From assembly GCA_964106645.2 (NCBI GenBank), contig OZ067043.1: DNA of 64,000 bases; one strand, 5' to 3'. The DNA is from Podarcis pityusensis (lineage: Eukaryota). Within the stretch, counting starts at the first letter, position 1; each line of letters starts with the position of its first letter. Shown in pieces: positions 1-13,600 of this stretch. The position numbers were made by a program, and so were the translations under genes. The notes under the pieces are model-generated. The model did not search any database. It saw only the letters and a program-made list of their open reading frames with translations, and was not told the origin of the DNA.

Positions 1-226
1 GAGCATTACTGCATGCGAAGATCTTCTCTGCTAAACAGATGGCCAGGGCTGTGAGGTTTCAGAGCTAAGTAGGAAAGGAGAAGGGATTAGCCCCACTATC
101 CTCCCCAAACCATACTGACCTATCTGTTTGGCAGGGTGCCGATATAGAAGCACAATGCAAGTAGCCCCACGTCTGGAAGAAGGGGATTTGTTTCCCTCCG
201 TACAGCACCTTTTTACACACAAAGTA

Positions 227-452
227 CAGTGGTACCTTGGGTTACATACACTTCAGGTTACAGACTCCGATAACCCAGAAATAATACCTCGGGTTAAGAA
301 CTTTGCTTCAGGATGAGAACAGAAATCGTGCTCCAGTGGCACGGCAGCAGCAGGAGGCCCCATTAGCTAAAGTGGTGCTTCAGGTTAAGAACAGTTTCAG
401 GTTAAGAACGGACCTCTGGAACGAATTAAGTACTTAACCCGAGGTACCACTG
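227..452 (+). mobile_element. Tc1/mariner (Tigger/pogo-like) MITE, family A copy 1
   Basis: TIR CAGTGGTACCT...AGGTACCACTG with TA on both sides. Near-identical to three other copies in the window. Confidence 0.92.
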
Positions 453-821
453 TACCTAAAAGATGATTCAAATTCAGCTTTCCCCCTGGTTTACAGATTG
501 CCCCTGCTGGATCAGAGCAAAAGAATTTCATAAGCTGAGCAATAAAAAGTTGCAGATTTTAAAGTTTTAGCAGTGAGATAGTCTCTGCTCACAGGCTTAC
601 AACATAAAAAGACAGGACACAAAAATAAAAAGTATTGGTAAGCAGGAGGAAAAAAGAAAAATTGGTCCACTATTTATTAAGTTCTTCCAACCTAGAAATT
701 TTAACATTTGAAAGCTACAGCAAGATACAGGAACGACTGGTGCCAACAGCAGCTCACTAACAATATAAATGATTTGTTCCATATGCTAGAAGGACTAATA
801 GTGAGAAAGTTTGCCACCTAC

Positions 822-868
822 CTTTGTAAAATCCCATTTTCCTGTGGTATAACACCATTTATAGCTGC
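822..868 (-). CDS. FAF1: FAF1 coding exon 3 (AAINGVIPQENGILQ+)
   Basis: 47-nt exon with a polypyrimidine tract and CAG| acceptor and an AAG|GTAGGT donor (phase 2). Matches the FAF1 sequence that follows exon 2. The gene continues beyond the window start. Confidence 0.96.
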
Positions 869-2631
869 CTGCAGAAAAAGAAAAGCATGGAGCATTTAGT
901 ATATCCACAAAATTAAATGAGAAAGCTTGTTTAAATAAAACTTAAATGTTCCAGCATTTGCTAACTGATCAATCTGCATCTTGAAGTGCAGAGGGAGGAT
1001 GTGTGTGTCCTACCAAAAGTATCACGGCAGGCTATGCTATCTATTTTAATATAACTAACAAGCAACCTTACATTGTTCCAGTAAATCACCATTATTATTT
1101 AGAACATCTCAATGTTCTTCAGAGGATTATAAGCATTCACCATATATCTGTTATTCAATCTAAATAAGTAGATACCAAGCAAACAATGGTGGAGCAGAGT
1201 TGCTAACATTTACAGCAAATTATTGTAATTTATAGACATATGGCAGCATTCACACAATGGTACTGCCTCAGTAATTTGACCTTGTGTGTGTGTGGAATAT
1301 TGAGCCTAAGGTGGATCACAGCAGAGACATCACAATTTTCTTTGCTTGAGTTTCTTTTTAAAATGAAAGGGAGAGATCAAGAGAAAAGGACAGAGGCAGA
1401 GAAAGGTGACCAACAGCATCAGCATGTGAGGGAGGTAAATTAGGCAAAACTACAAGTGGCCAAAGTACAGCAAGATTTTCCTCCATTTATCTTTCAGAGC
1501 CAGCAGGCAGTGATGGAGCCACAGCCAGCACTATGCAAGCACAGGTGTCTGGAACCTGCACTATCCTCTTAGCAACTGCCTGCTTACCCAGTGCTGAATG
1601 GGACAGGTGGGAAGGCATCTCCTCACTGTATCACCATGGTTGCTCTTGGTTACACCCAGCAAACTACCTCCCTACTTCGTGCTACCAACCAAAGGCAAAG
1701 GAAGATGGATTCTCGCCTTCAATGGTTGTGTAGAAGAGGATATTTTGATAGGTGTGGCATTTTCACGCATGCGCAAGTTGCACCTGCAAAAGTTCCCTCA
1801 ATTCTAGATAACTACTTAAAAAGTGGGCACCATGCCTTTCTTTGCATCTAGCCACCCTAAAAGGTGTGGGGGTGGGGAACAGTCACAGACTGCAAAGAAT
1901 TAAAATAACCCAGTTTGCTTGTTTTCTACTGGAGCTAGTATGAGCTGGCTTCTTAGCTACTGGTTTACCCTAGTTCATCCAGCTACTGGTTTACCCTAGT
2001 TCTGCTTGGCTTCAAATAGATAGATAGACAGACATTTCTGCAACAAAATGCATCTGAAAAAGTGATGGTTTTATACTATTTTGTACACTAGGTCTTCAAG
2101 CTCCAGCACCAAAACTCCATGAGCCCTTTTGGGGAGACCATCCAACCCATACAATACACAGGATACTTCTCATCCTGCAGTGGCCCTTTCCTCCCTGTGT
2201 TGAATAGAGACGAAGAAGCACATGGCTAGCATGGACAGAGAGGAACACAGTCCAGGTCAAAACGAAGCCCAACTAAAATCTCCAATGTTATGTGGTCTCT
2301 GTTCCTTGAGGGATACTCACGTTCCAATCTCTAGTCCTGAAACTCAAAATAATAAATAATAACAGTCCTTATGAGCGTTCAAAGCATGCAATTTACTTCA
2401 TCTAAGTAATCATGAAATAAAACTACAGGAAGTAATTTTCCAGCTGTGCTCTAGGTTCAGTCCTTTAGTAAGAGGCCCCCAGACAATTCCGTCCAAAGTC
2501 GCCATCCAATCAGAGTAAAAGTAGAGTCAGGATAGTACACTGAAAGCCAGTTTAACAGAGCACTTAGAGTGCTCAGACTACAATTGGGAAGAACCAGCTA
2601 CAAATCCCCACTTGTAGTGCAATCTTAACTA

Positions 2632-3535
2632 CCGTATTTTTCGTTCTATAGGACGCACCGGCCCATAGGACGCACCTCGTTTTTTGGGGGGGGGAAATGA
2701 ATTTAAAAAATTATCCCCCCCCGCGGCTGCCGCCCCAAGCCTCACGTGCTTCGGGCTGCAGGCTACCGCCCCAAGCCTTGCGCGCTCGGCGGGACCTTCT
2801 GCCGGGCGCGCGAGGCTTGCAGACACTCGCCCGAAGCACGGGGAGCCCTCCGGAGGGCTCCCCGTGCTTCGGGCGACAGGCTGCCGCCCCAAGCCTTGCG
2901 CGCTCGGCGGGACCTTCTGCCGGGCGCGCGAGGCTTGCAAACACTCGCCCGAAGCACGGGGAGCCCTCCGGAGGGCTCCCCGTGCTTCGGGCGACAGGCT
3001 GCCGCCCCAAGCCTTGCGCGCTCGGCGGGACCTCCCGCCGGGCGCGCGAGGCTTGCAAACACTCGCCCGAAGCACGGGGAGCCCTCCGGAGGGCTCCCCG
3101 TGCTTCGGGCGACAGGCTGCCGCCCCAAGCATTGCGCGCTCGGCGGGACCTCCCGCCGGGCGCGCGAGGCTTGCAGACACTCGCCCAAAGCACGGGGAGC
3201 CCTCCGGAGGGCTCCCCGTGCTTCGGGCGACAGGCTGCCGCCCCAAGCCTCGCGCGCTCGGCGGGACCTCCTGCCGGGCGCGCAAGGCTTGCGGACACTC
3301 GCCGGGGCTGCAGGCTGCTGCCTGCAAGCCTTGTGAGCCCGCGGGAACTCCCACCGGGCTTGCAAGGCTTGCGGATAGCTTCCTGAAGCCTGGAGAGCGA
3401 GAGGGGTTGGTGCGCACCGATGCCTCTCACTCTCCAGGCTTCAGCGAAAGCCTGCATTCGCTCCATAGGACGCACACACATTTCCCCTTCATTTTTGGAG
3501 GGGAAAAAGTGCGTCCTATGGAGCGAAAAATACGG
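2632..3535. mobile_element. Non-autonomous Tc2-type (Tc1/mariner superfamily) DNA transposon with internal GC-rich minisatellite
   Basis: 27-bp TIRs CCGTATTTTTCG(T/C)TC(T/C)ATAGGACGCAC, TA duplication (2630-2631, 3536-3537), subterminal ATAGGACGCAC repeats. Confidence 0.88.
2767..3305. repeat. 118-bp tandem repeat (about 4.5 units) built of two hairpins per unit
   Basis: Unit starts at 2767, 2885, 3003, 3121 and 3239, an exact 118-bp period. Confidence 0.97.
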
Positions 3536-4824
3536 TATGTCTGGTCAGAAGTAAAGCCTACTGATATAGAGTGGTATCTCTAGTTATGTACATAAATGGG
3601 GCTTACTCCTGGGAACCTGAGGTTAGGATAACAGCCTTAGCCATGAAGCTTACTCACCAACTCTCTTCCTAACCAACTTCAAAGTATTGTTGTTTGGATC
3701 AAACGAAGGTGGACAGGCAGGGAATGGTGAGAACTATAGCCTAAAACATCTGGAGGGCACCAAGATGGGGAAGACTGACCAAGTGTGTTGATAAGTCTGC
3801 TGTGACAGACTATTAAGATTCTATTGGCAGGTACCATTATACTCCACCACAGATCTTTCATACATGAGGGAATGTTGTAAGAATTACCCAAACACTCAGA
3901 AAAAGCACCATATAGAATCTAAATGTAATAAAAATGTTATCTACTTTCCTTTATGTGAACTGCACAGGCTAGAAATGCATCTTACATTCTTAATAGGACA
4001 CATACATGTCATTTTCTTCTTATTTTTACATTCACACCTTGTAAGTACAAGTAGAGAGATCTAACACACTCTCCCTGGCCAACTGACCTCTTCCTAAAAT
4101 ATAAATTTAGTTCTGAGTTTAAGCAGTTCTTGCTAGGTTTAATATTAACTTCCAAAGGCTGGGTTTAATATTTAACTGCCAACAAATATAGTTTGTTTTT
4201 TAAAGAGATGTTTATGCAAAGTGCATAGAATGGCACTAAAATAATCACATACTTACTGCAATAGGTGGGGCACTCCTAACAGTAGCAGCCCAGATTCATA
4301 ACACTAAGGTTTATTAAGTTCAGCTGTAAAAACACGAGACTCTTTTTTGTGCTTAGCCACTGAAGGTACATACGATTGATTCTCCACAGAACATAAAAAT
4401 CATTTCAAATGGCTCCACAGGAAATTAAAATATTGGCTACTAACTCCTGTCATCTTTAGTCAGAGTTACCAGTGATATCTTCCAGTTCAGGAGAAACCCT
4501 AGTGGGCAAGACTTTCAGATAACTAGTGGTAGCTAGACTGTATCATATGCTTCCATGCTTCCTTATTCCCTACTCTCTCTGCCTAATAAATCACTATCTC
4601 TATTTTTGTCTGTGGAGGATGCAAGTTACTTGAGTACATTCATCAGAATTTAGCTTCCTCAGAACATCCTATCAACTATTAAACCGGTTGAGGACAGGTC
4701 TAATGCAGAATGAATGAATAAAGCATACAGAAAGCAGGGCAGAGACTTCTGCAATGTGCCAAATTGCTGGGGTGGGGCAGTTCAAGCAGTGGTCTTTGGC
4801 TTGGAAATTGAGCCATGACAATTA

Positions 4825-5039
4825 CAGTTGTACCTTGGATCTCAAACACCTTGACTCCAGAACAAATCGGCTCCTGAACGATCGAAACCTGGATGTGTGT
4901 GTTCCGGTTTTCAAACATTCTTTTGGAAGCCGAACGTCTGACGGGGCTTCCGATCAGAAGCCACGCTTTGGTTTTTGAACATTTTGGAAGTTGAACAGAC
5001 TTCCGGAATGGGTTCCATTCGACTTCCAAGGTATGACTA
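4825..5039. mobile_element. Tigger-like MITE
   Basis: TA-CAGTTGTACCTTGGA...TCCAAGGTATGACTA-TA imperfect TIRs. Confidence 0.8.
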
Positions 5040-6117
5040 TATTTTCATCTGTGAAATGTTATAGGAGGCTACGTTGTAGAGTCCTTCCTGTTCATTAGTT
5101 GCAAGCCAAACAAATGTTCCAATATTGGTATTTAACTAAAAATAAATTTACTATCTGGGCAGCTGGTTTCTAGTTAACTTTTTTTAATATAAAAACCTTG
5201 TAATTAACCTTAGAAAATGAAGTCCACTTGTGCTTCCCAAACAAATGGGTAAAAGCAAATCATCATCCCTGGCAGCCCAGAGCAGCCAAAACAGTAGAGT
5301 ATCTATTACTGTTAGCTTTCCTCAGACTTCAAGGCTTAAAACATCAAAGTCTTCCAACTGCTAATGCAAAGTCACATACTCTTTTTTTTACCATGAAAAT
5401 GACAACATTTGTTCCATTCAGACCAAAGCAAAGCAATGGCTGCACTGTTTTGAAATGCAGCGGCCTGTGCCACATATTTCAGCATCCTCTTCTATGTAAA
5501 AGGCCAATGTTCTTGAGAAATTAAAAAATATATATATTTAATGCTTCCAGAGCAAACATACATCACATTACAGTGGGTATTATTATCCAGCATTGGAGTT
5601 ACATATTTCTCCTTCGTCTGCAGCCTTCATGCGCTCCCAAATCTGCCCTGACGTTTTCCCAACACTCCAGAGCAGGCCTGGGGGGCATGTGGGAGGCTGT
5701 AGTAGAGAGAAGGGAAAGTCTCACGACACAAATGGAAGCAGATTCCACACCATTGGATACTCCCCAGTATGTTCCAAGATTCTTTTGCAAAATCTAATTA
5801 CCATCATCATCATCATCACTACTGCTGCTACTACTTTTTTCTAGGTGCTGTATAAAAATTAAGAAAACAGGCCATGTCTGAAGGCTTTTAATGTAAAGAG
5901 GGTGGAAAAGCAATGAGAAAGCAAAAATATTCAGGTTCCAGTTCTTCGTAATGACATAAATGTTTCATAACCAGATGGAATGGCCACTGAGGACACAGCT
6001 CTGGAACCTACTATCATGGAAAACATACCATTTGTGCCATGTCACACCAGCTACTCCCTCCGATTTTTACTCCCGAAGAAACTTGAGACTTACAGCCCAA
6101 TTCTCACTGGGTTTACT

Positions 6118-6725
6118 TGTCATAAGCCCTACAGCACTGTCAGGCTTGGGCTTGGATTGGCAATCCCAGAAAGAGAAGGAGAAAGAAACAGAGGTGAGAG
6201 ATGAACTGTGTGGCCCTGTTTTGGAGTATGGGGGATCCCACACCCTTAATGTCAGTCACCTTGGAAAAGGAAGCAGGGAAGATGGCTCTGACCTCTGATG
6301 CTCTATAGAGCAGAGAGCCTCAGTGGAGGCTGAGGAGGACTCTGATCAGCCAATGGAGATGAACAGGTGGTGTCTGAACAGGAAAGTGCAGCTTTGTCAC
6401 CTAGAACCAGGAACTGCCTTCACAGGTGAGAGGAGATCCACTCACCCCCAACAGAATGTGCGCTTGCAAGCTTGACATTCCCACAGTGTGAGAGAGTCTT
6501 GCAGGTGAGCAGACCATGCCTCATGGTTAAAGGTTTGGAGGGAGGGGTGGGAAAACCTGCTGGGACATCTTTGTTGCTTCCATCCAGTTCTGAACTTCTT
6601 GCCCTACTCTTGAATCATGACTCCTGAGCACTGTGTCTCCTGCTAACCCTGTACTTGCCTGAATAAAAATCTCTTTCTTACAAATAACAGCCTCTGCCTG
6701 TGTGTTTTGGGTGGGAGCCTGAACA
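6118..6725 (+). mobile_element. Solo LTR (probably Gypsy-type)
   Basis: 608 bp with TG...CA termini, 5-bp TSD TTACT (6113-6117 and 6726-6730) and AATAAA at 6662. Interrupts a palindromic element. Confidence 0.75.
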
Positions 6726-9034
6726 TTACTTGGAACTGTCCCACTAATTTCAATAGGACTTCATTTGAAGTAAATAGGCCTGTGATTGCAGCCTAAGCCT
6801 TACACCCAGATGCCAAGTGCTGTTGCAAAATCCATATAATGTTACAGGTCTGATGTGCAATAAACCTACACTGCATCACTCCTATCCCAAGAACTAACAG
6901 TGCAATCCTATATGTGTCCTCTGAAAAGTAAAACTTATTGACTAGTAGGTTAATGAATTGCCACATAATTTTATCATTGAAAAGTACCATGTTTCTGTTG
7001 CTATAAGCTAAAACCTTTGAGAAAAGAGAGCTATGAGCTTGCAGGCAGCAATAATAATTTAGAATTTAAGCAAAGCTTTCATATATCCAGTTCACATGCT
7101 ATGCTAAAGCTCATTCTTTGTTTACTGCTCATGGTTTCTGTGGTACAAGTCAAACCACAAACCCAGGTTCAGGTACAACATTAAGCCAAACCATGACTTA
7201 GCCATGGGTACAACAACAGCAGCTGGATCAGGGGAGGAGTGTTGGGGCTGTGATCTTTGTTCCAGGGACCTGTAGAATTGGTTGTTTGTGCTAGCCATGG
7301 TTTGGCTTAGTGTTACATGCCAACTGGACCATTGTGTATGAGGGAAAACCACATTCCAAAAAGCTACTTATAGCTGTGACTTCTTTTTTTTAATCAGCCA
7401 AGCAACCCACCATAATTATTTTGTTTCTGATTTGAGGTTTTGAACATTAAAGGTTTTAACAATATTTAATATTAAAATTGGACTTTATATTTGTATATAC
7501 TAAAGTATCAAAAGTTTCATAATCAAGATTTAAGCTTAGTAGACCAAAAATATGAATTTGTGATGAGAAACGCTAAACGAGAAGGGGGAGGGATATTGGT
7601 TAGAGACTGCCAAGTATTTCTGTACTCTCAGGTGCTGCCTTTTGTGTGGACTGTGAATACAAAGAACTCTCTATTACAAGAAATAGAGTAGCTTCTTCAT
7701 AAAAAGAAATTGACATTTATTAGCCTCGCTGCTCACTTGATGACTCTGCATTTCTGGTTGGCAGCTGTGCAAGGATAATAGAAGTCGAAAGAGCTCATTA
7801 CTGCAGTAATGAAATTTCAACTACTATTTAGATAAGGTTGCACATGCTGCTTACATTACTTTCATAACGTTGACACCAAGCCTAACCAAACTCCTACCTC
7901 TGTTCTAATACTGTATATTGTAGGCCACATACTAACAGAATATGCAATTTAATGGCAAGAAAGAAGTTAGGTGGCAAAAATAAATGCTGTCGGCACCCTG
8001 ATTGCATTATATTTTCCTAAGCACACATTGGAAAACAATTAAATAAAGCTGGAGATTTAAACATAACAACAACAAAATTAGAAAGGCATATTGATGCTTT
8101 AAGTCAGATCCAACAAGCAATACTAGGCACCTAGCATAGTGCACTTGTGAACGCTACTGATTTAGCAGTCCAATGTCTCCAGATTCTGACTGCAGGAAAT
8201 AATCACACAATGCATTTCATAGTAATTCACTGATAAACACTTCACTTTGAGGACAGGGGAGTTACAGATATTGCCAGTTCTCAATGAGGTATTGGAATTG
8301 CCAACTTTTTCTGGCAAAACAATTGCCTTTGCTAATTGTGGGTCAGGGGCTGTGGATTTAATGAGTGAATGAAATGTCTTCTATCACAGCTGGAAAACAG
8401 AACAGTTTCATCTTCTGAATTTCTCTCTCATGTACCTATTAACAGTACAGAAACCCTATTAGAAAAAACGGTGATGCAACGACGACAGACATTATTAGGA
8501 AATAGAAGCTCCATGCTCAGAGCCAGTACTGTATATCCTCACTCCTGCTTCTGGGACAAAGAGGGGTAAGCAACTGTGTTCACAGCATTCTTACAATTTC
8601 TCCAGAGCCACCTGGTAAGCCATGTGGGGCATTTCTGATTTAAGAAAATTCATACGTTTTCAGGAAAGTGATTGTATCTTTTCCCAATAAAACTTATACA
8701 ACAATGAGTAAGGGACCAATTCCGAACTGGATTTTGAACGTTTAAGTAAAAAATGCAAAAGGCATAGGAGAGCTGCCTGCACTTCCTTTCAAATGCCCCC
8801 CAAAACAAAACAAAATTGCCAAAGTGTACTTGCATGGCTAGCCAAGTCATAAACCATTTCACATAAAGACAGAGGAGATAGACCATACCTCACATAAAAC
8901 TTGATGGACCTTATTACTAAGTGCTTTATGAGGACATCAAAACTTACGGTGTGACCTAGCAAGCTCTACATTCTAGCACTCGAAAGCTTCACAAAACAAT
9001 ATATACTGAAACTGGACTTATTTATAGACTTGCC

Positions 9035-9398
9035 AAGTGCTATTTTTCTAGAAAAAGAGGTGCCAGAACTCACCATGAACACCTCCCTTGTTCTCTTATA
9101 CAGTGGTACCTCGGGTTAAGTACTTAATTCGTTACGGAGGTCTGTTCTTAACCTGAAACTGTTCTTAACCTGAAGCACCACTTTAGCTAATGGGGCCTCC
9201 TACTGATGCCGGAGCACGATTTCTGTTCTCATCCTGAAGCAAAGTTCTTAACCCGAGGTAATATTTCTGGGTTAGCGGAGTCTGTAACCTGAAGCGTATG
9301 TAACCTGAAGCATATGTAACCCAAGGTACTACTGTAATAGTAATGCTGCCCACCTGAGAAATGCTGGAACTGAGTTCAGGCTGAAAAAAAAAGCCCTG
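9035..9398. mobile_element. hAT non-autonomous element (host of MITE A copy 2)
   Basis: 8-bp TSD GACTTGCC (9027-9034, 9399-9406) and AGTGCTATTTTT...AAAAAGCCCTG ends. Confidence 0.8.
9101..9334 (-). mobile_element. Tc1/mariner MITE, family A copy 2 (nested in a hAT MITE)
   Basis: Same TIRs and TA duplication, inverted orientation. Confidence 0.92.
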
Positions 9399-10531
9399 GA
9401 CTTGCCCCAAATGTTGGGAATTGTTTGCCCCTCTTCTTTCCTTGTAACAGCAAAACAAACAAACACTCCAGAAAAGATCATAAGCACATTTCAAACAACA
9501 AAGTTTGAATCAAGTAAAAACAATTAAAATCTGGAGCCTGTTTGAATTGTTCTCCAACCTTCCTTGGGAAACTCTGTTACCTGGCGGCTGGATGACTAGA
9601 GTGGAGAAGCAAAGACAACTTCACCTCACGTGTGTGCCTGTTTAATTTGTCCTTAAACATACAGGGCCACATTCCAAGAATATATAGCAACATTTTACAT
9701 TTACAACCAGTTGTTATTATTATTAAAGGTGTGTTTTTTTGTAAATTCTGCTGCTTGAGTCCTTAAGTATTCTGGGGCTTGCCATATTCTCTTCTGCACC
9801 CCAAAAAGGCTAAGGGAAACCTCTGGAAAGGCATTCAGCAAGACTGCAGCAGCTAAATTCAGAGACCAACCATGTACAAGTAAAAGCACCTTACAAAATT
9901 GAGCAAGTCCATTGGATTCAAGCCTGTGACTTTACAAATTAAGACTATAAGAACCCTGCTTCTTAAATTCTGTAAGTTTCTAAAAGTGGCTATATTTGTG
10001 AACTTGCATAATTTATTCCCATTTGATAGCAATGGAGAGGGCAAAATATTATGCAAAAGTTCACTCTAAAAATCCTGCCTAAACATCCCTTGTTGGCTTC
10101 TGAACTTTGACCAGCAACCCATATTCTGGAAAAACTGATATTAATGGCTGTAAGGACTAGCGACTTGCTTTTTTCATTTTTAATAAAACAAATCTTTTCA
10201 AGTTGTTGATTTATCACTAACCATACCAAATTCTGCATCTGCATGGCATCACACAATGCACACAGGCCATGTCACAGAACATTAATATTCTTGTGGTTAG
10301 AGAGAAATATGAGTCTTGTCTCTTTCAATATGACTAACTGCTTTCAGTTTGCCCAAATTTCTTTTGTGTTTTCATCGACTCTAGACTGTCCTCTTCACAA
10401 TATGAACTGTGTATTTTTAAAAGATGCCTGTTTTTATGTCTTGATACAGCAGAACTCCCATGATACAGAATTTGGGTATGTGAATTTCCTGTGTGTTCTT
10501 CTTCAAGGTCTACATTAACATGACTTCTAGA

Positions 10532-10643
10532 TAGGGTTGCCATGCATCCAGAATTTCCTGGACACAGCTGGGATTCGGTGGTGGTAAACAGTCTGGGCAG
10601 AAATCTCTGAAATGTCTGGGGAAATCCGGGCATATGGCAACCC
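10532..10643. mobile_element. Short hAT-like MITE
   Basis: TIR TAGGGTTGCCAT...ATGGCAACCC. Confidence 0.65.
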
Positions 10644-13600
10644 ATGTCGGAAGTGTAGATTTTGGTGAATTTCATTTAAAATGGCTCAAAAACTTCATTT
10701 TTAATGAGATTTTTTTTGGGGGGGTGGCATATTAGTATTACAACAAATTTATCATGTGTGTTTAAAGCAGACAGTGTGTTGTAGTGGTTACAGTGCTGGA
10801 ACTGGGAGAACAAGGTTCAAATCCTCGCTCGACCATAAAACCCACCAACGGCCAGTCACCTAACTTATCTCATAACACTGTTGCAAGGATAAAATGGAGA
10901 GAAGGATAACCATGTACTTCGTTCTGAAATCCTTGTATGAAAATTGGTATATAAACGTGATAATGAATAGAATATTTCACGTCAAAACATGACCTAACAG
11001 ATTAAGCAGGACCTGGATGAAAACTGCAAGATATGCTACAAATGCACATCTGCAACCATATTGGCTGCAGAAGTAGAGGCCTGCTTCCATGTGTAGATTT
11101 CTCTTGCTGGATGAAGATGAGCATCTTTAGGGTGCCTGATATGTCTAGTCCCTCGTAAATACCAGACTTCAGAAGTCACTTCCATGACTCACCGGACTGG
11201 TAGGTCAACCCAACCTTCTTCAAATTCTCTTAAGATATCAAATAGCCATACGCATCTGAGTGGAGAGATTATCCAGGTGAGAGATAAAAGTTAAAATTTG
11301 ATCTGAGAATGCCATGGAGTGCTTTAGAGACACCTGGTCAAACTGTCTCTAGGAATGGGGGGAAATTAATTAAAAGCTTCCCTTTTGCTATGTGGATTTT
11401 CAGCCCTATGAATTTGTTCATTTTTTTTCAAAAATGAAAAAAGAACATTTTAAACAGTGGCTTCTTTATACGCAGGATTTATCTAACCTCTCTAATGTGC
11501 TAGTTTCTAAGAGGAGACCTCTCCATTTTTCCATTTTCAAAAGGAGTGAATATTATTATTAGGCTGTCCATAAAATTATTAAAGTTATGAAACTGAAGTA
11601 TTATAAAAACAAGGCACAGAGCAGTTTCTGTCTTCTGATCCTTAGAAACAACATACAGGAGGAGCTGCAAGCCATCACATTAACAGGTGTGCTAAACCAC
11701 TGACTTTACTGCAAAGACATGGTTGCTTTGAACCACTGCCAGCAAAAAGGATAAAGAAGTTAAATATAGCAGTAAAGCAGACATTTCAGCAAATGTTGAA
11801 ATGTACGTTTTAGAGAATGTATGCTTAAAACCGGGATAATCATAACCATTTGCGGAGCTTCTACAATGAAACGATGTTCTTTGCAAATGGGTAGATGGAG
11901 GCTAAATTCACATTAATATGAAATAGCATTTACTTTTCTACCAGAGATAAATACAGTGAAAACAAGTACAGCAGATCATATGAAAAGTGGCCAACATGCA
12001 GCCAGCAGGCTACCAAGGCCCTGGAGGGCCATTTTGTGTATCCTGGTGCTTTTTGATAAAATCCTGAAACTCTCTACTTTTTGTCCCTCATGGTTGTAAA
12101 AATGAGTTTGAAAACACGGAACACTGACTTGCCAAAGACCACAAAAATGGAAAGCAAGTGAAAAGGATATAAAGTTGACTATATTTTATGAGTTGCCTCA
12201 AGTTTTAGCAATACCACAGCTTTCATTAACCTCCACTGACTTGAATAACCAGATAGCAAAAGGGAAACTTTTACTTACCAACATGGCAAGATCTTTTCAC
12301 TAGAAAATGCTCTTAATTCCTAGAGCACAGTCAAACTGATCCAGACAATACTTTATTACAGGATTAACTGCACAAGTAAAAAACCAACAACTTTAAGTTG
12401 TACAACTCTCCCTGAGGCAGAAAAATAGTCCTTCCTACAAATAAAGTTAACCAGTTTGCAATATGAAGCGTGCAAATTCAGTGTCAAGTATTTCTCAAAC
12501 TGAGAATAACAAAGCCAAGAAGCACACATCTGAAATACTAGGGCGAAATGAAGAGCTACATCAGGGATTCTCAAACTCCAGGGCACATTTGAGAAGATTG
12601 AGAATAACTGAAGCCCACTAGTCACAAAATGGCAGTGCAGGGGCAAAGACAGCCACAAAATGGTGGCAGATGGAGGTGGAGTTTGGCATGAACAGCTGAC
12701 AACTAGTGCTATTTTTTTTTACTGATACTTAAACTCTCTTTGGAAATTAATAACTTTCCCATAGCAATTTCCTTGGGACTCTTGAGCTCCATAGTAGTGC
12801 TTTCCTCAGGTTCTGGAATTAGCTCTGAAATTATCATGACTCAACCTACCCATTTTAGGTAGAACTTGCTGATTCAGAGGATCTAACTGGAAATGGCTAT
12901 TTATTTTCTATCCCCGCCCCCACATACGCCTCTCCAATAATTTTTAACCATTTCCTCTCACTTCATCTTCCCTTCTCCTTTCATACATGGACAGATAGTT
13001 TGGAAGGAGTGGAGAGGGTACAAGTTATTTCATCCATACTCCAATCTGCCCACTCAACCTCTTCTTCCTGTAACAATATCCCTTCTTCCTCTCAATTTCC
13101 AGCTGTTTTGGTTTCTTTAAATTATCTCTTTCTGCTTTTCTTCCAGGCGTCCTCTAGCATTTTCCTTTCAAAAAAGGAAGATGTTCGCTTCTCTCTTTCC
13201 TCAACCCCTTAATCTACTGCCATCTTTATTCAGTGGCACTTTCTCTCTCCTACTCACCCACCCTACATGGGCATGCAGTTGCACACACTGACAAGCCAGA
13301 TTCCGGCAGTTCCTCAATGCCAGGTTTTTCTTCTAAGGGGGAGGAAGAAAGTATCACCTTCAGTCAGCCAGGAGAGACCTCTTGAGTCAGGAGAAGGCCT
13401 GGGGTGTGGGAGTATGAATGAGAAAGGCCAAAAGGCATAGCAGCACCCCTGGGTGCATCTTCTCCTCCTCACCCTCAGTGTGACTATCCCCATCCCCATT
13501 TTCCTTCCTCACACTCAGATAGCTGTTGTGATCTCTGCTGTCCATTTCCTCTCTCCTGGCTCCTTTCCAACTTTGAATGCTCCAGGACTGCTCTCTAACT

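Noticed and set aside
2767-3305. CRISPR-like array of palindromic repeats
   Set aside because: The intervening sequences are themselves repeated rather than unique spacers; eukaryotic context, no cas genes.
2629-3583. Long ORFs in all six frames (196-299 aa)
   Set aside because: Artefact of a GC-rich 118-bp repeat whose length is not a multiple of 3; the same peptides recur in every frame and on both strands.
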